IMG/VR virus record: IMGVR_UViG_3300042261_000868
Location: 16,665-80,664 of that record
Direction: 5' to 3' (one strand)
Length of the DNA: 64,000 nucleotides
Source of the DNA: a virus
Shown: positions 19,501 to 30,700 of the stretch, in pieces
How the letters are laid out: each line of letters starts with the position of its first letter
Position numbering within the stretch: position 1 is the stretch's first letter
Program-made: the position numbers and the translations under genes
Notes under the pieces: generated by a model
What the model was told of the DNA's origin: nothing
The model's database searches: none
What the model saw: only the letters and a program-made list of their open reading frames with translations

Positions 19501-21912
19501 AGCGATAACTATCCTTCTGTGATTGATTTAAATGGTATTTTTGCTAAACTTGTCCCAGAGAAGCTAACTGTATCATCTAGTAGTGCTACCGTAATTGTAC
19601 CAAACCCCTATGAGAGTGCAGAAAAGGGTCTTATGGTGAAATATTTCGTTTCTGGAAAGATGGACTTATTAACCAAAATAACAAAACCAATTTCTTCCTC
19701 AAGCGAAAAAAGAAATTATGTCTTCACCCTAGACCAACAACCAAGAGAGTTCCTTGACAGTCTTTCATCATCTGAAAGTGATTTCAACTGGTGGGCACCA
19801 ACCGAAGTTTGGAGAAGAAGAGACTTTGAGATTCAGCAAGTAGATTTAGAAGAGGACATCGCTTCTGGTATTAATTTCGCTGATAAGTCAATGGATGAAA
19901 ACAACAACTCTAAGTTGTTCTTTGGTAAAGAAATCCCAACCAGTAACCCAAATGTTAAGAGTTTAAGCATCAAGTTAACCGATGGTGTTATAACCCCAGG
20001 TACTATGTATTATGCCAGAGTGAAGCTTAACATTACTTATTCTGGTGTGAGTTCCCAAAATCTAGATAGTTTGACAGAATCAGAAAAGAACAACATTAAG
20101 ATTAACGGACAGAAATACACAGATGATCTAAAACTTGCTGCTGTTAAAGTATGCAAAGAAATGATAGTTCCTATTGCTTGGTATGGGCAAGACGAGTTAA
20201 CGATATCAAACCCAAACTATGATAAGTGTTCAACCAATCCAGCAGTTTCCGCTACCTTTGTATTAAGCGATACCCTTGAATATGCTAACTTCATTGAGAG
20301 AAGTTTCAAAGGAAACGAAACCATTACTTTTGCTCCTATGGGTCTAATGACAGAGGCGATCAATCAGAAACCAATTTCCAACATTAATATCCTTTTAAAC
20401 AACGAAGATTTGGCTAAATTTGTTTCTGAATCCGAATGGAATCACAATAGTTGGAATAAGTTCTTTATTGAACATTTGGAAATTTCGGAAATTATTGAAG
20501 AGGTTCAACCAGAAAATTTCAAGTTATTTGATAAGTATATAATCCTTGCTCAAAGTAAAATAAACATTGGTGCTAACCTTGAGTTCTCTTATAACTCAGC
20601 AGAACTTGATTGGGATGTTTTAAAGAACTTCAGTTACTTTATAAACAACCATGTTAACGAGGATTTGATTTTTGACATACCATACGACTTAATAGACATC
20701 AACGATTGGAATAAGAATATTAAAGAGGTACTCTTAAACAGATATGTCATTGATAATTCCCTCTACACCATTGGTGATAGCACAATCACGGTTGGAACCA
20801 GTGACTTGTTAGAAAACCTCGTTGGGGGTATTCTAACTGCCAGATATAACTTTGATTTTTACTTTGATAAAGAAAGAAAATACAAAACAGTTGAAGATGA
20901 CTTCAATATAACCCGCCAAATTAAATGGATTCCATATGAGTCTAACTCAACCGAGATTTATGAGAACATGAAGAGAATACCATCTGATAACTTACTTCTT
21001 GGATTACCAGCAAATAATAGCACAAGTAGCCATGACATTATTGTTAAAGACAATGTTTATGCCTTCAGATCACTTAATAAGAACTCATTGTATCCATTTG
21101 AAGGAAGACAGAGTGGAACGAGAGTTAATAATCGTTCAGTTAACATAACTCAAAACGAACCAAATGCTCGTCGTATCTTTATGATAGATAACGATAATTT
21201 CATATTTGACATACAAGCAGATGTGTATTTTGATGCAAAACTTAATGACATTAAAAACTATAGAGGTAAGAAGTTTGAAATGATTCTCAAAGCAAGCGAA
21301 ACATTTGATACAGATTTAGGAAAAAATATCCTCAATAACTACTACTTTGCTGGTATTGGTTCATATGACTTTGATGTTGCTATGGGTGTTTCGCAATATA
21401 ACAAAGATACAAAAAAGAATGAAAGTTCCTTCGTAGCTGGTTTTGGTGACTATAACACTAAAAACATCAAATCAAATGTCTGGTATAGGCTAAGATGTAT
21501 CGTTACTAACGATTACATTAGAGTTCTTTTTAACGAAAAAGATGAATCAGAGAGACTTGTTATGAACTACTTTATTAACAAAGATTACCAGACAGATACC
21601 GCAAGGTATTTGTCGGGAGACTTTGAAGAATTAGTTTATAATGTTACTGGTCTTGATAAACTCAACATTGTATATCCAGAGAAGGCAGGAGAAAACACCA
21701 ATAATAAGTTCGTTAGAAGATATATTAATAATGAGCTTATTCCAACAGTTAGACCAACTGGCTCGCTTTGTGGGTTTAGAATTTATAATGAATATACCTA
21801 TATGACGAATGTTCAATATAAGTATCTTTCTGAGGATGGTTATCAAGTCGGTAATGCATTTGATGTTAGTAACTTAAGTGATATGATTTCGGACATAAAT
21901 AAGAAATATTGA
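16555..21912 (+). CDS. large baseplate/tail protein (PKD-like N terminus plus gp7/P2 gpI-like region)
   Basis: ADF...YFKNTS...WSFTDG...HRF PKD-like start; IDPEYLEYWALTLG and LFRNKGT...IKFLKFFG wedge motifs; follows gp6. Confidence 0.65.
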   Translation: MAFNADFTIDNDGIHANEKIYFKNTSTSGFLIDSDFLEIDGDVTKADLDLSNYIVSSISKLQWSFTDGNFFNTDDVIHRFKESKTERVTLKIWSEAFVYQGTTFYFTHNITKDVDVQSRFYKFIKDHYPIYDDITSNELDDLMKSAGKFFDRMHTDIGGLTSLIDIHRIDPEYLEYWALTLGHTEYAKKVGYQLKTNDFDNYDIFDKIKYNTATSKEIDTLRNFLLFSADLFRNKGTPDNIIKFLKFFGVDAKIKDLWTQSWTAILRPSIVETFSGYTDFDDNQLKLKWDNIKVADFDNSKSHFIKNFSSIILDSYHIVEEIENPYDEVATVAVSGDKLGWKEFELTTNYGLTASPSIISHIFKINGSPVLDSETDDFTLYTDVVPNNPTRFDSEKYSVLQIDPTVIADGDRFSILYDLPYDGKKDCIVTTTTEKVKDFDLKVSFRTKQENTRTNLYRAPDNEIFVSFRGTKSSIDNNSDYNNFYKFSINTDRSTFSLSKIILSESINDYLTQHISLSYNNDEVYEPIIIYPETSSISASEVFVFDREKEYELLLMVNGSSLSSYVREKRNENEVKADISNFKGNNNIYGVTEIEWTPLIENFSFDVLPKKVKTVDAYGNEMYAETYKVINEAGYYGFGVKDGIVEYTRIELNNLDPDTRLYNEVEKELELKPKHLERIPSYETRMDNYENTKKDFLKVVSEDFKTNSTYDVSKEESKSLDILFVDKASVPQTLGTRLTVNFNQNWINSNFTSDEDLINKIIIPIGSQRNWFIPEQRVLSSSNYESYNTTSGAPGFFSADFSPMLGEYSLEPLDSFSSVSRANIDTYTLNFNSRLQQYIDYRSDGFTLDGVWEEVYPYSNVFESISKDIVLDDSSIYVNKMFVPITVDIAEGTRILGVKFKNCDNIKSLISRYGTEFNKEVQLWGSFTFHVPCNTTLYKPSSYPLEESNKFPGHYMMTIFVPLGILNEAVLNYSLGREFTQQSDNYPSVIDLNGIFAKLVPEKLTVSSSSATVIVPNPYESAEKGLMVKYFVSGKMDLLTKITKPISSSSEKRNYVFTLDQQPREFLDSLSSSESDFNWWAPTEVWRRRDFEIQQVDLEEDIASGINFADKSMDENNNSKLFFGKEIPTSNPNVKSLSIKLTDGVITPGTMYYARVKLNITYSGVSSQNLDSLTESEKNNIKINGQKYTDDLKLAAVKVCKEMIVPIAWYGQDELTISNPNYDKCSTNPAVSATFVLSDTLEYANFIERSFKGNETITFAPMGLMTEAINQKPISNINILLNNEDLAKFVSESEWNHNSWNKFFIEHLEISEIIEEVQPENFKLFDKYIILAQSKINIGANLEFSYNSAELDWDVLKNFSYFINNHVNEDLIFDIPYDLIDINDWNKNIKEVLLNRYVIDNSLYTIGDSTITVGTSDLLENLVGGILTARYNFDFYFDKERKYKTVEDDFNITRQIKWIPYESNSTEIYENMKRIPSDNLLLGLPANNSTSSHDIIVKDNVYAFRSLNKNSLYPFEGRQSGTRVNNRSVNITQNEPNARRIFMIDNDNFIFDIQADVYFDAKLNDIKNYRGKKFEMILKASETFDTDLGKNILNNYYFAGIGSYDFDVAMGVSQYNKDTKKNESSFVAGFGDYNTKNIKSNVWYRLRCIVTNDYIRVLFNEKDESERLVMNYFINKDYQTDTARYLSGDFEELVYNVTGLDKLNIVYPEKAGENTNNKFVRRYINNELIPTVRPTGSLCGFRIYNEYTYMTNVQYKYLSEDGYQVGNAFDVSNLSDMISDINKKY

Positions 21913-21919
21913 GGGATAC

Positions 21920-22396
21920 ATGTCATCCAGTTCCATAAGCGATTCTAGTCTTTTTGATGAGTTTCCAGAATTAACCTATTTTGGTAAGACTCTTAATGGG
22001 ACGAATGTTCTTGTATACAACAATTCATTGTTCTACAAGAAGCAAGGACAGAATATCATCAAGTATTGTGATAATGTTCGTAAAGTAGAGGTTCATAATA
22101 ATCAAATAATCCTTCTTTATAACCAAAATAATTGGACCGAATCTTTAGATTTGGTTGTTTTAAAAGAAAATTTTTCAGATACTAAAAAAGTATTCGTAAA
22201 AGATAAAGCTTTTGATGTGGACGATATTAATAATTATTTAAAATACAGCAACCGAACTATTAAGGACTTCTATGTTACTGGGGGTGAATTATTCGTTGTA
22301 TTCCAAAATCTAGTTGGAGATGTTAGTTCGTCTAGTATATCTCTCAGTTCCTTCTCAAGCGATTCAGATTCAGAGAGTAGCTCCAGTTCATTGTAA
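21920..22396 (+). CDS. hypothetical virion-associated protein with Ser-rich termini
   Basis: Position in the structural block; MSSSSISDSS start and SSSSISLSSFSSDSDSESSSSSL end. Confidence 0.6.
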   Translation: MSSSSISDSSLFDEFPELTYFGKTLNGTNVLVYNNSLFYKKQGQNIIKYCDNVRKVEVHNNQIILLYNQNNWTESLDLVVLKENFSDTKKVFVKDKAFDVDDINNYLKYSNRTIKDFYVTGGELFVVFQNLVGDVSSSSISLSSFSSDSDSESSSSSL

Positions 22397-22423
22397 ATCT
22401 TGAAAATTATATCTTATTAAAAG

Positions 22424-22431
22424 TATAAATA
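22424..22431 (+). promoter_or_regulatory. T4-type late promoter TATAAATA
   Basis: Exact consensus in the intergenic gap, 23 nt upstream of ATG 22455. Confidence 0.6.
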
Positions 22432-22454
22432 GGGTATAATGAGACAAGATATTT

Positions 22455-25400
22455 ATGATAACTTATAGACCATCAATTGGTAATAATGAAACAAAAGTAG
22501 GCGTCACAAGTGACGGCAAATTCTTCGGTAAATCTACTGGAGGCAAGGTTCTTTTGAACCTCAGAACAAACGATGAGCCAAAGTCCACCTACTATAAAAA
22601 CAACTACACCGATTTATCAAATGACTCTTCTTGGTTTTTTAAATCAATAACCGACACTGATTTCTTGGGTGGATCAATAACCTATAGAGCAATCTATATT
22701 GGTGCCAACGAGAGATATGAAGAAAACGAAATCCTAGGCACTATTTCAACTTCGGTAACTAATGACGATGGTGATCCTTTATTAGTAAATTCGGTCACTA
22801 CAAGCCTCTGGGTGGAGGGTTTCTACACCGAGCTAACTAGTGATGGATCTTTAAGCCTTCAAGACGAGAATGACAGATATGACCAATTGGTTGCCGCTGG
22901 TGCCACATGGTCTAATAGTATTACATATACCAATACCCTTTTGCCTGGTCAATTTATTAAGGTTTGGGTTAAGACTGTTGTAACCGATAATGCTAGTATA
23001 ACAGATATAAACGATTTCAACTATTTGATTACCGTAGGTGACTTGACCTTTACTGTTAGAAAAACTCCAAGTCGCTTATCGTATAGTAGGTTATTCAAAG
23101 CCAAACTCAATGCCGAAACAATAACCCTTAAAGAAGCAATGTCAGCCGAATTTGGCACTACTAACTACGATGGTGTCTTTAAGGTAATTAAAAAAGATGA
23201 CTTTGTAAATCTCTTTTATATAACAAATTGCGAACAGGGTGATTTAGAAGACTATGATTCAAGTGTCAATGAATTAAGATTATTGGTTACAAAAACTGGC
23301 GATAATCTTGGTGAATATAAGTATATTGATGTTCCGTTAACCCCTCTCTTTAACAATTCAGAGATTTTAACTGATACCAATTACCAACAGTATCTTAAGG
23401 TAATGACTTGCGATCTTCCAATTACCATTCAAGCAACCGATTCTAATGGTGGAGTTACGACCAATGAACATGACGATATTAGCTTATCCGTTTCAACATC
23501 TGGTGATGGGGTGTATGTAACCAACATAGCCGAGAAATTGCCAGGCAGAAAGTTCATTGTAGATGTCTTCGTTTCTAGAAAAGAAGATATAAACTATGCC
23601 CATGTATTTTATGCTGAATTGCATACTGATTACACCACACGAGACATTCTTAACTATCAGCATATCTTTTACAAGTGGGTCTTTAAAGTCGCTACGATTG
23701 ATTTAAACCATATTAACAATAAACTATTTGACAGAGTAGAATATGGCTATTCAAATAAACATACTTCATTCATAACGGAGTGGTATGATGTGGTAATAAA
23801 GAGTTACTTTTATCCTACAAATATAATATTACAAGATGATTTGTTTACTGCGGTTGGGTTTGAAACAGAGGATTGCTACTTTAAAAACTATAAAGGTAAA
23901 CTCCTCTTCATTTGGGAAAAAGATTTAATTTTAAGAGACTTTAAGGTTCAAGAAAGTCACTTCCCAAGAAACGATTATAGTGACTTTAGAACTATAGAGA
24001 ATCTTACTCAAAAGCCAACCCTTTTGAAATTTGGTAATTTAGCACAAGTAGCACCAACAACAGATATTGAACGTGCTTTTATATCTGGTAGTTATAATTA
24101 TATTAATATGGGTCCACCTCATATTAAATCAGTAAATCACGGTGCTTCTTCCGTGTTCTATGATTTGGACAACTCAAAGATAAACGAATATAACACGACT
24201 TGGGCATTCAATATTAGTAGCGAGAACATCGCCGCTTCTGGAAGTAATGTCTCTCTTATGGTCTATGATTTGTTTGACCCTCGCTCAATGCATGCGGTAT
24301 ATGCCAGTGATTATACAAACATATCTGGCGGAGCAATCGTTGCTGTTTCTGGAAGTAACTTTATAGATGAAAATATCTCTATTTTCTCAATTAATTGCCA
24401 AGATGATATAACAGAAAAGGCACTTGAAGTTACTTATAATTTCAATACAGATGCTTGGGTAATCAACAGAAAAGATGCTGATTGTATTCCAATTACAGAG
24501 AGTATTAGTGGAGCAAGTCTTCCTTTATTAACTCCAGATCAACAGTCAGTCATAACTGTAGAATTATTCACACATGAGGTAAGTGGTGGAACAACAACTG
24601 AGTTCTTCCCAGGTGGATTTAGAATCAATAATGGTTGCATTAAAAGAACCATTATCAACTATCGTGTCTATGTAAACGGTAAGCTTTTGACCATTGGTGA
24701 TACGTGTTCATTAAATAATGTTAATATCTACCAAATAACACATAACCCTAACGGTGACTTTACTGGTAGTATTAGCTATTGGGACATTAGAGAACCAGTA
24801 GAAGATTTAGATACTTATGTCTCTGCTCTTCATAGGATTCATTTAAACATTGTTTGGGGACTTCTAGATATTGAGAAGCCAGTTAAGACCTCTGACCCAC
24901 GTTTCAACAACTTCAATGCTAGAAGAAAAGTCACCTTACAACACTTAACACCGTTTAAAGACACGATGATAGTTCCTTTGGTTCTTTATGGCAACTCATA
25001 TAGTGCTACTACCTATAATAACCAGACTCTAAACACAGAAGTAACCAGAAGTATCTTTGATTTCAATAAATTGAGTTTAAACAAGAAGTCATTTGGGTTC
25101 TTTATTGAGAAGACCTTTGTTCCAGTTGAGTTTAATGTGCAGCCATATGATTTTGACAATGATATTCTTGTTATTTGGTTAAGACTTGAGAATTGGCAAG
25201 GCGAGGCTATTCAAATGTTCTATTCTGATGCTATTTTAAATGTCAACGACCCACAAAACATCGTAAAAGACTATTATGGGTTCTGGAGAATGGATGACTT
25301 TATTAAAGAAAGCATCAACCGTTTCACCGACCAAAGGCTATTTAATGCTGGTGAAACTGTGCTAATGACCAAGAAAGATGAAAATGTTTATTTAACTTTA

Positions 25401-25619
25401 ATAAATAACATAGTAAGGTTTGGTGACTCTAAGTATTATAAGAGTAACTACTTTGATGTTGAATTTGATGATTTGGCTGTTACAAAAGACGAGATGCCTA
25501 AAATCCAAGAGTTCATCTCAGATAATGTTAAATTATTCAAACCTGGGTTTATGGAAATAAGAGATGTAAAGAGTCTCTATGATTACAAGTTAGAGACAAA
25601 CAATACAGGGGAGAATTAA
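22455..25619 (+). CDS. large virion structural protein with C-terminal DUF2341-like domain
   Basis: RRKVTL...VPLVL...FDF.K...F....VEF.V..YD...VIWLRL...IQMFY...GFWRMD pattern near the C terminus. Confidence 0.55.
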   Translation: MITYRPSIGNNETKVGVTSDGKFFGKSTGGKVLLNLRTNDEPKSTYYKNNYTDLSNDSSWFFKSITDTDFLGGSITYRAIYIGANERYEENEILGTISTSVTNDDGDPLLVNSVTTSLWVEGFYTELTSDGSLSLQDENDRYDQLVAAGATWSNSITYTNTLLPGQFIKVWVKTVVTDNASITDINDFNYLITVGDLTFTVRKTPSRLSYSRLFKAKLNAETITLKEAMSAEFGTTNYDGVFKVIKKDDFVNLFYITNCEQGDLEDYDSSVNELRLLVTKTGDNLGEYKYIDVPLTPLFNNSEILTDTNYQQYLKVMTCDLPITIQATDSNGGVTTNEHDDISLSVSTSGDGVYVTNIAEKLPGRKFIVDVFVSRKEDINYAHVFYAELHTDYTTRDILNYQHIFYKWVFKVATIDLNHINNKLFDRVEYGYSNKHTSFITEWYDVVIKSYFYPTNIILQDDLFTAVGFETEDCYFKNYKGKLLFIWEKDLILRDFKVQESHFPRNDYSDFRTIENLTQKPTLLKFGNLAQVAPTTDIERAFISGSYNYINMGPPHIKSVNHGASSVFYDLDNSKINEYNTTWAFNISSENIAASGSNVSLMVYDLFDPRSMHAVYASDYTNISGGAIVAVSGSNFIDENISIFSINCQDDITEKALEVTYNFNTDAWVINRKDADCIPITESISGASLPLLTPDQQSVITVELFTHEVSGGTTTEFFPGGFRINNGCIKRTIINYRVYVNGKLLTIGDTCSLNNVNIYQITHNPNGDFTGSISYWDIREPVEDLDTYVSALHRIHLNIVWGLLDIEKPVKTSDPRFNNFNARRKVTLQHLTPFKDTMIVPLVLYGNSYSATTYNNQTLNTEVTRSIFDFNKLSLNKKSFGFFIEKTFVPVEFNVQPYDFDNDILVIWLRLENWQGEAIQMFYSDAILNVNDPQNIVKDYYGFWRMDDFIKESINRFTDQRLFNAGETVLMTKKDENVYLTLINNIVRFGDSKYYKSNYFDVEFDDLAVTKDEMPKIQEFISDNVKLFKPGFMEIRDVKSLYDYKLETNNTGEN

Positions 25620-25620
25620 T

Positions 25621-26418
25621 ATGTCAAGTGTCTTAGTTGATAACCAGAAGTTATCGGGTGGCCTCCTTGCCAATGCTGGAAACAATACCAATGCTTGGTA
25701 TACAAGATTAAGTAACGATGAGTTCCAAGTTAACGGTGCCTTTAATCCACTTGAAGGTGTCTTTGATTGGGTTTTAACCAAAACAACAAACACTCATTAT
25801 GTGAAATCCGATATAATTCGCTTTAAATCGCCCCGTCAGATCGTTCAAGTTACCTTTAAGTCAACATTTGCGGACGAAAACTACTATGTTTTCTTTACCT
25901 CTAATTCAAATGTTAACCTTTACTGGTCAAACAAGAAGAGAACTGGGTTCGTTATTAATTCAAGTGCCCCGTTTGAATCAGAAGTTACATGGTTAGCCAT
26001 CCACAAGTCCTTTGCTCAACTAACTGGGGTTAATAACCCAGGCACCATATACTCTGGAACTCGCTCCTTGGTCTATGACACCATTGACTGTAGTGAATTG
26101 GTTCCTAATTGCGGAGACAATGATCTCTGTATTGACCAAGAGCTTGATATAACCAAAGATTGCCATGCTAATCTCCAAGGCTGGTATGAAAATGAATATA
26201 TTATTAAACCAACAGCATATTCCGATAACCCAAACATCCCAATGAACTTTGATGATGGGCTGTTTTCTGTCCTCACAACAACTAATGTTAATATAAATAC
26301 ATATTGGCTTGAAAAAGCTAATGATAGGGCGAAAATTGGCACAAGTTTCCCCATTAAGTGTATAATAGATTATCTTTTTATAAAGAATGGTTACGATTGG
26401 TGGGATGAGTTGCCTTAA
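25621..26418 (+). CDS. virion protein with two lectin-like beta modules
   Basis: VTF...F.DENY.V..T.N.NV..YW..K...GF.I...V.W module, also present in neighbouring genes. Confidence 0.55.
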   Translation: MSSVLVDNQKLSGGLLANAGNNTNAWYTRLSNDEFQVNGAFNPLEGVFDWVLTKTTNTHYVKSDIIRFKSPRQIVQVTFKSTFADENYYVFFTSNSNVNLYWSNKKRTGFVINSSAPFESEVTWLAIHKSFAQLTGVNNPGTIYSGTRSLVYDTIDCSELVPNCGDNDLCIDQELDITKDCHANLQGWYENEYIIKPTAYSDNPNIPMNFDDGLFSVLTTTNVNINTYWLEKANDRAKIGTSFPIKCIIDYLFIKNGYDWWDELP

Positions 26419-26433
26419 GGAGCTATAAAGCAA

Positions 26434-27759
26434 ATGAATGACTTTAATAAAAATATTGACCTTTTAAATCCTACGTTATTTGTCAATGACACTAACTACA
26501 ATGCTCCTTTAAAGCAACTTCTTGAAAACGACGAATACATTCTAAAGTTTTTAAATGGAAACAGAATAGTTTTAAAAAGCTTCTTAGGCAACTTACTTGA
26601 CTACAACTCAACTGGAGAAAAGATTCTTTCTAACGGTGGGAGATTTAATACCTACAAGAAGTGTAACACCTGGAAGGCTTTAAAGAGTTTTGCAATTAAT
26701 AACGATGAAGACATAACCTTTGACGAAGCAAATGAGATGTTGGTTTATAAGGGATATTGCGATACGGCAACTTGTCTACCCGACTACAATGTAAACAGAG
26801 AGACTTGGATTGAGAGAGAAATCTATATCCCAGAGATGCTTAGAGGTCAACAGTTGTTGTTAGCCATAAAGGCTGCCAGCTTTGAGACTGATTCAAATTG
26901 GGATTTAGCAACAGCAGAAGCAATTTCCACCGCTTCTATTTCTGGTGGGTTTGAAACATTAGCAGTTGAGATCCTCAACGGTGAACAAACAGTTAGGGAA
27001 TTTAAAGTTGTTGGGCCATGGGACAATCATGCTGATTATGAACACCCATCAGCCGCCCCAGAAATGTTAACTGCCTCTGTTTCTTTTAGAGTTAAGCCAT
27101 CCACTAAGTCAATTAAGATAAAAATCTTTAGAACAGCCAATGTTGGATACCTACACATCAATAAAATTTTCTTGGGTGCTGTTACATTACCTTACGACAA
27201 CTCAATAGAATCATATGATTTAGATGGTATTGACATTAACAACTTCTATGACTTTGATAATGATGTTGCAAAAGTAACCGCAACAACAGTAGTTGGACAT
27301 AAAGTTGCTCGCTTAACCGATACTCCAAAGCAAAACGACTTACTTTTAATGTATCATATGTATGAGGAAATAAGGAAAAATTGGTCTTACAGAGCTATTC
27401 TTACGGGCACACCAGATTCTACATTGCCAGAACACGGTGTTATAAATTTGGATACAGCTAACAGGGTTTATACCATAACCCATCATCCAATTGAAATTGG
27501 CGAATCGCACCCATTAGTAACCCTAGTGGCACCAACAAGTGGTTCAACTCTTTATGTCCAATCTGTCTTTGATGTTCAAGCAAGTGACTTTAAGGTTGTT
27601 TTATCTGACTTCCCAGATAATAATAGCTATAAATTAAATTGGTTTATCCCAACAATTGAAACTGCCGATATAATAGATCAATGGACCGTTTCAGCCCCAG
27701 TTTCCGCTGCTGCCGCAACAATATACCCAGATATTTTTGATTACGAGAATGAATTTTAA
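26434..27759 (+). CDS. tail/baseplate-associated structural protein
   Basis: N.PLKQLLEND tail-fibre-type N-terminal motif; C-terminal beta module. Confidence 0.55.
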   Translation: MNDFNKNIDLLNPTLFVNDTNYNAPLKQLLENDEYILKFLNGNRIVLKSFLGNLLDYNSTGEKILSNGGRFNTYKKCNTWKALKSFAINNDEDITFDEANEMLVYKGYCDTATCLPDYNVNRETWIEREIYIPEMLRGQQLLLAIKAASFETDSNWDLATAEAISTASISGGFETLAVEILNGEQTVREFKVVGPWDNHADYEHPSAAPEMLTASVSFRVKPSTKSIKIKIFRTANVGYLHINKIFLGAVTLPYDNSIESYDLDGIDINNFYDFDNDVAKVTATTVVGHKVARLTDTPKQNDLLLMYHMYEEIRKNWSYRAILTGTPDSTLPEHGVINLDTANRVYTITHHPIEIGESHPLVTLVAPTSGSTLYVQSVFDVQASDFKVVLSDFPDNNSYKLNWFIPTIETADIIDQWTVSAPVSAAAATIYPDIFDYENEF

Positions 27760-27768
27760 GGTTAAACA

Positions 27769-30700
27769 ATGGAAGTAAATGATACCAAAAAGGCTCTATT
27801 AACAAAAGAGCTTAGACTTCAAACAGATAAACTTTTAGCTGAAGTATCAACTCAAAGTACATCTGGGTCTGAGGTAACAAATATAGACTCATTTAAGTTC
27901 TCCGATGAATGGACGAATAATAAAAATGTATTCTCCAATGCGACGGTTGAAAAAATTAAAAGCACAACTATTGCTGATTTGGTTAATATTCCCGAAGGGC
28001 TTGTATACAACAATGTCAATGATACTCTAACTTTCGTTGATGAAAGCCTTTCGAAATATTTTGGTTCATCTTGCAAAATTGAAGGATCAAACCAAATTAC
28101 TCTTAATGAGTTAGTTTCAGATATTGAGATTTTTGATACCCTTGACAAGATAAACAACTTCGGTGATGTGTATGATTTCCAATTTAGACAGCTTGATTTT
28201 AGTACGAATAAGTATTCAAATGTCAAACCTTTCGTTACCTTTGAGAAAATACTAGGATACTTCTCTATTGATAAGTTACTTAATGATGAATTAATAAGAA
28301 AGAACAGCCAAACGGCACTTAACGAAGAATATGCAAATACCGATAGGTCATCGGAGTTCCCACCATATAGTGGCTTCTTAATCAATTCAGAGTATTTGAA
28401 CAATGGTTGGGTAAGTATTGACCAGATTATCCGTTCAGCATATAACGACGATTATGCATACGACACGGAGGCTTCACTTGCTATAAGAACAACAAAGATT
28501 AAAGAAGCAAAAAGAGCTTTAATCGTGTTAACATTAAGCTATGTTTGTGATATCTTTAATCTCAACTCTTTCAATAAGCTTTCTGATTTTGGCGTGAGAA
28601 TAATTGATAGAACAACTGGTAAGGAATTATCTGTCACAAACACAAAAAACGAGTTAATTGAGAAAATCGCAACCACAATTGTTGCTACATACAGCGGACA
28701 GTTAGAAGAACCAACTAATGGTGAACAAATAAATGTCGCATCAAATTTAAATCAAACTAAAACCAAATGCAATAAAATCAAAACAAACAAATGCAACGGA
28801 ACATTGTTTACAACAAGTGATAAGCAAAACACAAATACAGAAGAAAACGGATTTATTCACGAAATTGATGCTCAAGTAAGATTAAATCCTTTTAGAGAAT
28901 TGTTACTAGCTAAACCAGATATTTTAAATACAATTGATCCTATTCACTGGACTTCTGGTGTAGATAATCTCACACAAACTGGAGAGCTTTATGATATCAT
29001 TAAAGAGTTTGGTGGAAACACATATAAGAGCGGTAAATTAAATCAAGATAGAGCATTTGCATATGGGTCTGGTGAATTTACTAATGGTATTGCTATTGGT
29101 GGATATTTTCATGACTCAAATAATATTGGTATAACCAACTCAACCGAATCTTGGAACGGAATTGCTTGGACAAATAGAGAAAATTGTCCATTAGATGCTG
29201 CCTGTGGATTAACTGGCGGAAACCAAGACCTCGCAGTTATGTCATATGGTCTTAGTAGTTCTTGGACAAACGAAGATAAAACCTTTGATAACTTTTTTAA
29301 ACCATCAATAAACACATTAACCACACAATCAGCTATTTTCCAAAACAATACTTGGAAGATAATTTCTGAAATTTCACCAGTATTACCAAGACATAGTGTA
29401 GCTGGAAAAATAAATATAAAGTATGACGAGTCTGTTCCAGGTGAAAACATAGAACAGATTTATGACAAAACTATCTTTCCTATGTGTAATGTGGCAATTT
29501 CACAAGCCAAGCAATTTGCTTCTCAAAAATTTGACTTCTCAACTGAAGCTAGTAGTTTAAGTGGTGCTGTTGAAACTCCAAACACAAGCCCTAGAGTCTG
29601 GTTTGATATTTGGCAATGCAACGGTGTTGCATTTGGCGGCTCTAATTCAGAACACCAACCAATGAATACAATAACAGATAAAAGCGAATTATCCACTGGC
29701 ATAACTGATGAATTTGAATCTATCAATTGGACACACATTAACAAAAACACTATCAATCCAGAAGATTCGGAATTAGTGGTTGAAACCCAAACCTTCGGCT
29801 GTTGGTTCGTTGATCCAACTAGAAAATATCCTATAAAGGCTCTTGGTGTTTCGTATGTCGGAACCAATGACAGTGGTTTAGCAACTGGCGGAAAAACATC
29901 AAATTCTCTTAGCAATGAGACAAGAGATAATGTTAAAGTTAATATGAAAACATATTACTTTGATGTTGAGAAATACAACCAGAACAATTTGTCAGTTATT
30001 CCATACTGCTATGAGAATAACGGTATCTCTTGGATTCGTAGAGACGATTTACCAGAAGCCGTATATTATCATGCTGGGGTTGGTGACAACGAATATGCTT
30101 TGTTCTTTGGTGGACTACATGGATCACTCGAAACACCACAAGTTTACACATCCTTCAAGAATTGTCAAGATTGGGAAACACTTATTAATCTATATGGTGG
30201 TGCATTTGCAAGAAACGGTGCCTTCTCGTTAAATGGAAATCTTCGTTACTCTTCTTTCTCAAATATCTACGACGGTAATTCGGTTGGTGCGGAAAACAGT
30301 TATGGTAACTCCTACTTCAAGAATAGAAACAATCAAACCACCGATACATCTACTGTTATATATTCCTCTGAATATTTAAATTCAGAAAACCAAACATTAC
30401 AAGACATATATCCAAATATAACAGATTTCCTCTCAGTACAAGACCCTGAGTTTACATTCCCAAATAAGCAGATACATACAAATGTTTATAAAAAATTAAT
30501 CTATACATACAACAAATTATATTTTAAGGCAACCCATTATTCCATCGTTTATGATCTTGTTTTTGACCAAAAGATCGTATCAGATTATGAAAAAATAACA
30601 GTTAATATGATTGATGGTACAATAACCGTTTTAGCAACTGAAGACAATGAAGAAGCAGTCAAGCAATACTTTGGTACTTTGAATAACATATTACTAACTA

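Noticed and set aside
21900-21930. Programmed frameshift or readthrough joining the 1785-aa and 158-aa ORFs
   Set aside because: No slippery sequence, and the downstream ORF has its own GAGG RBS and ATG.
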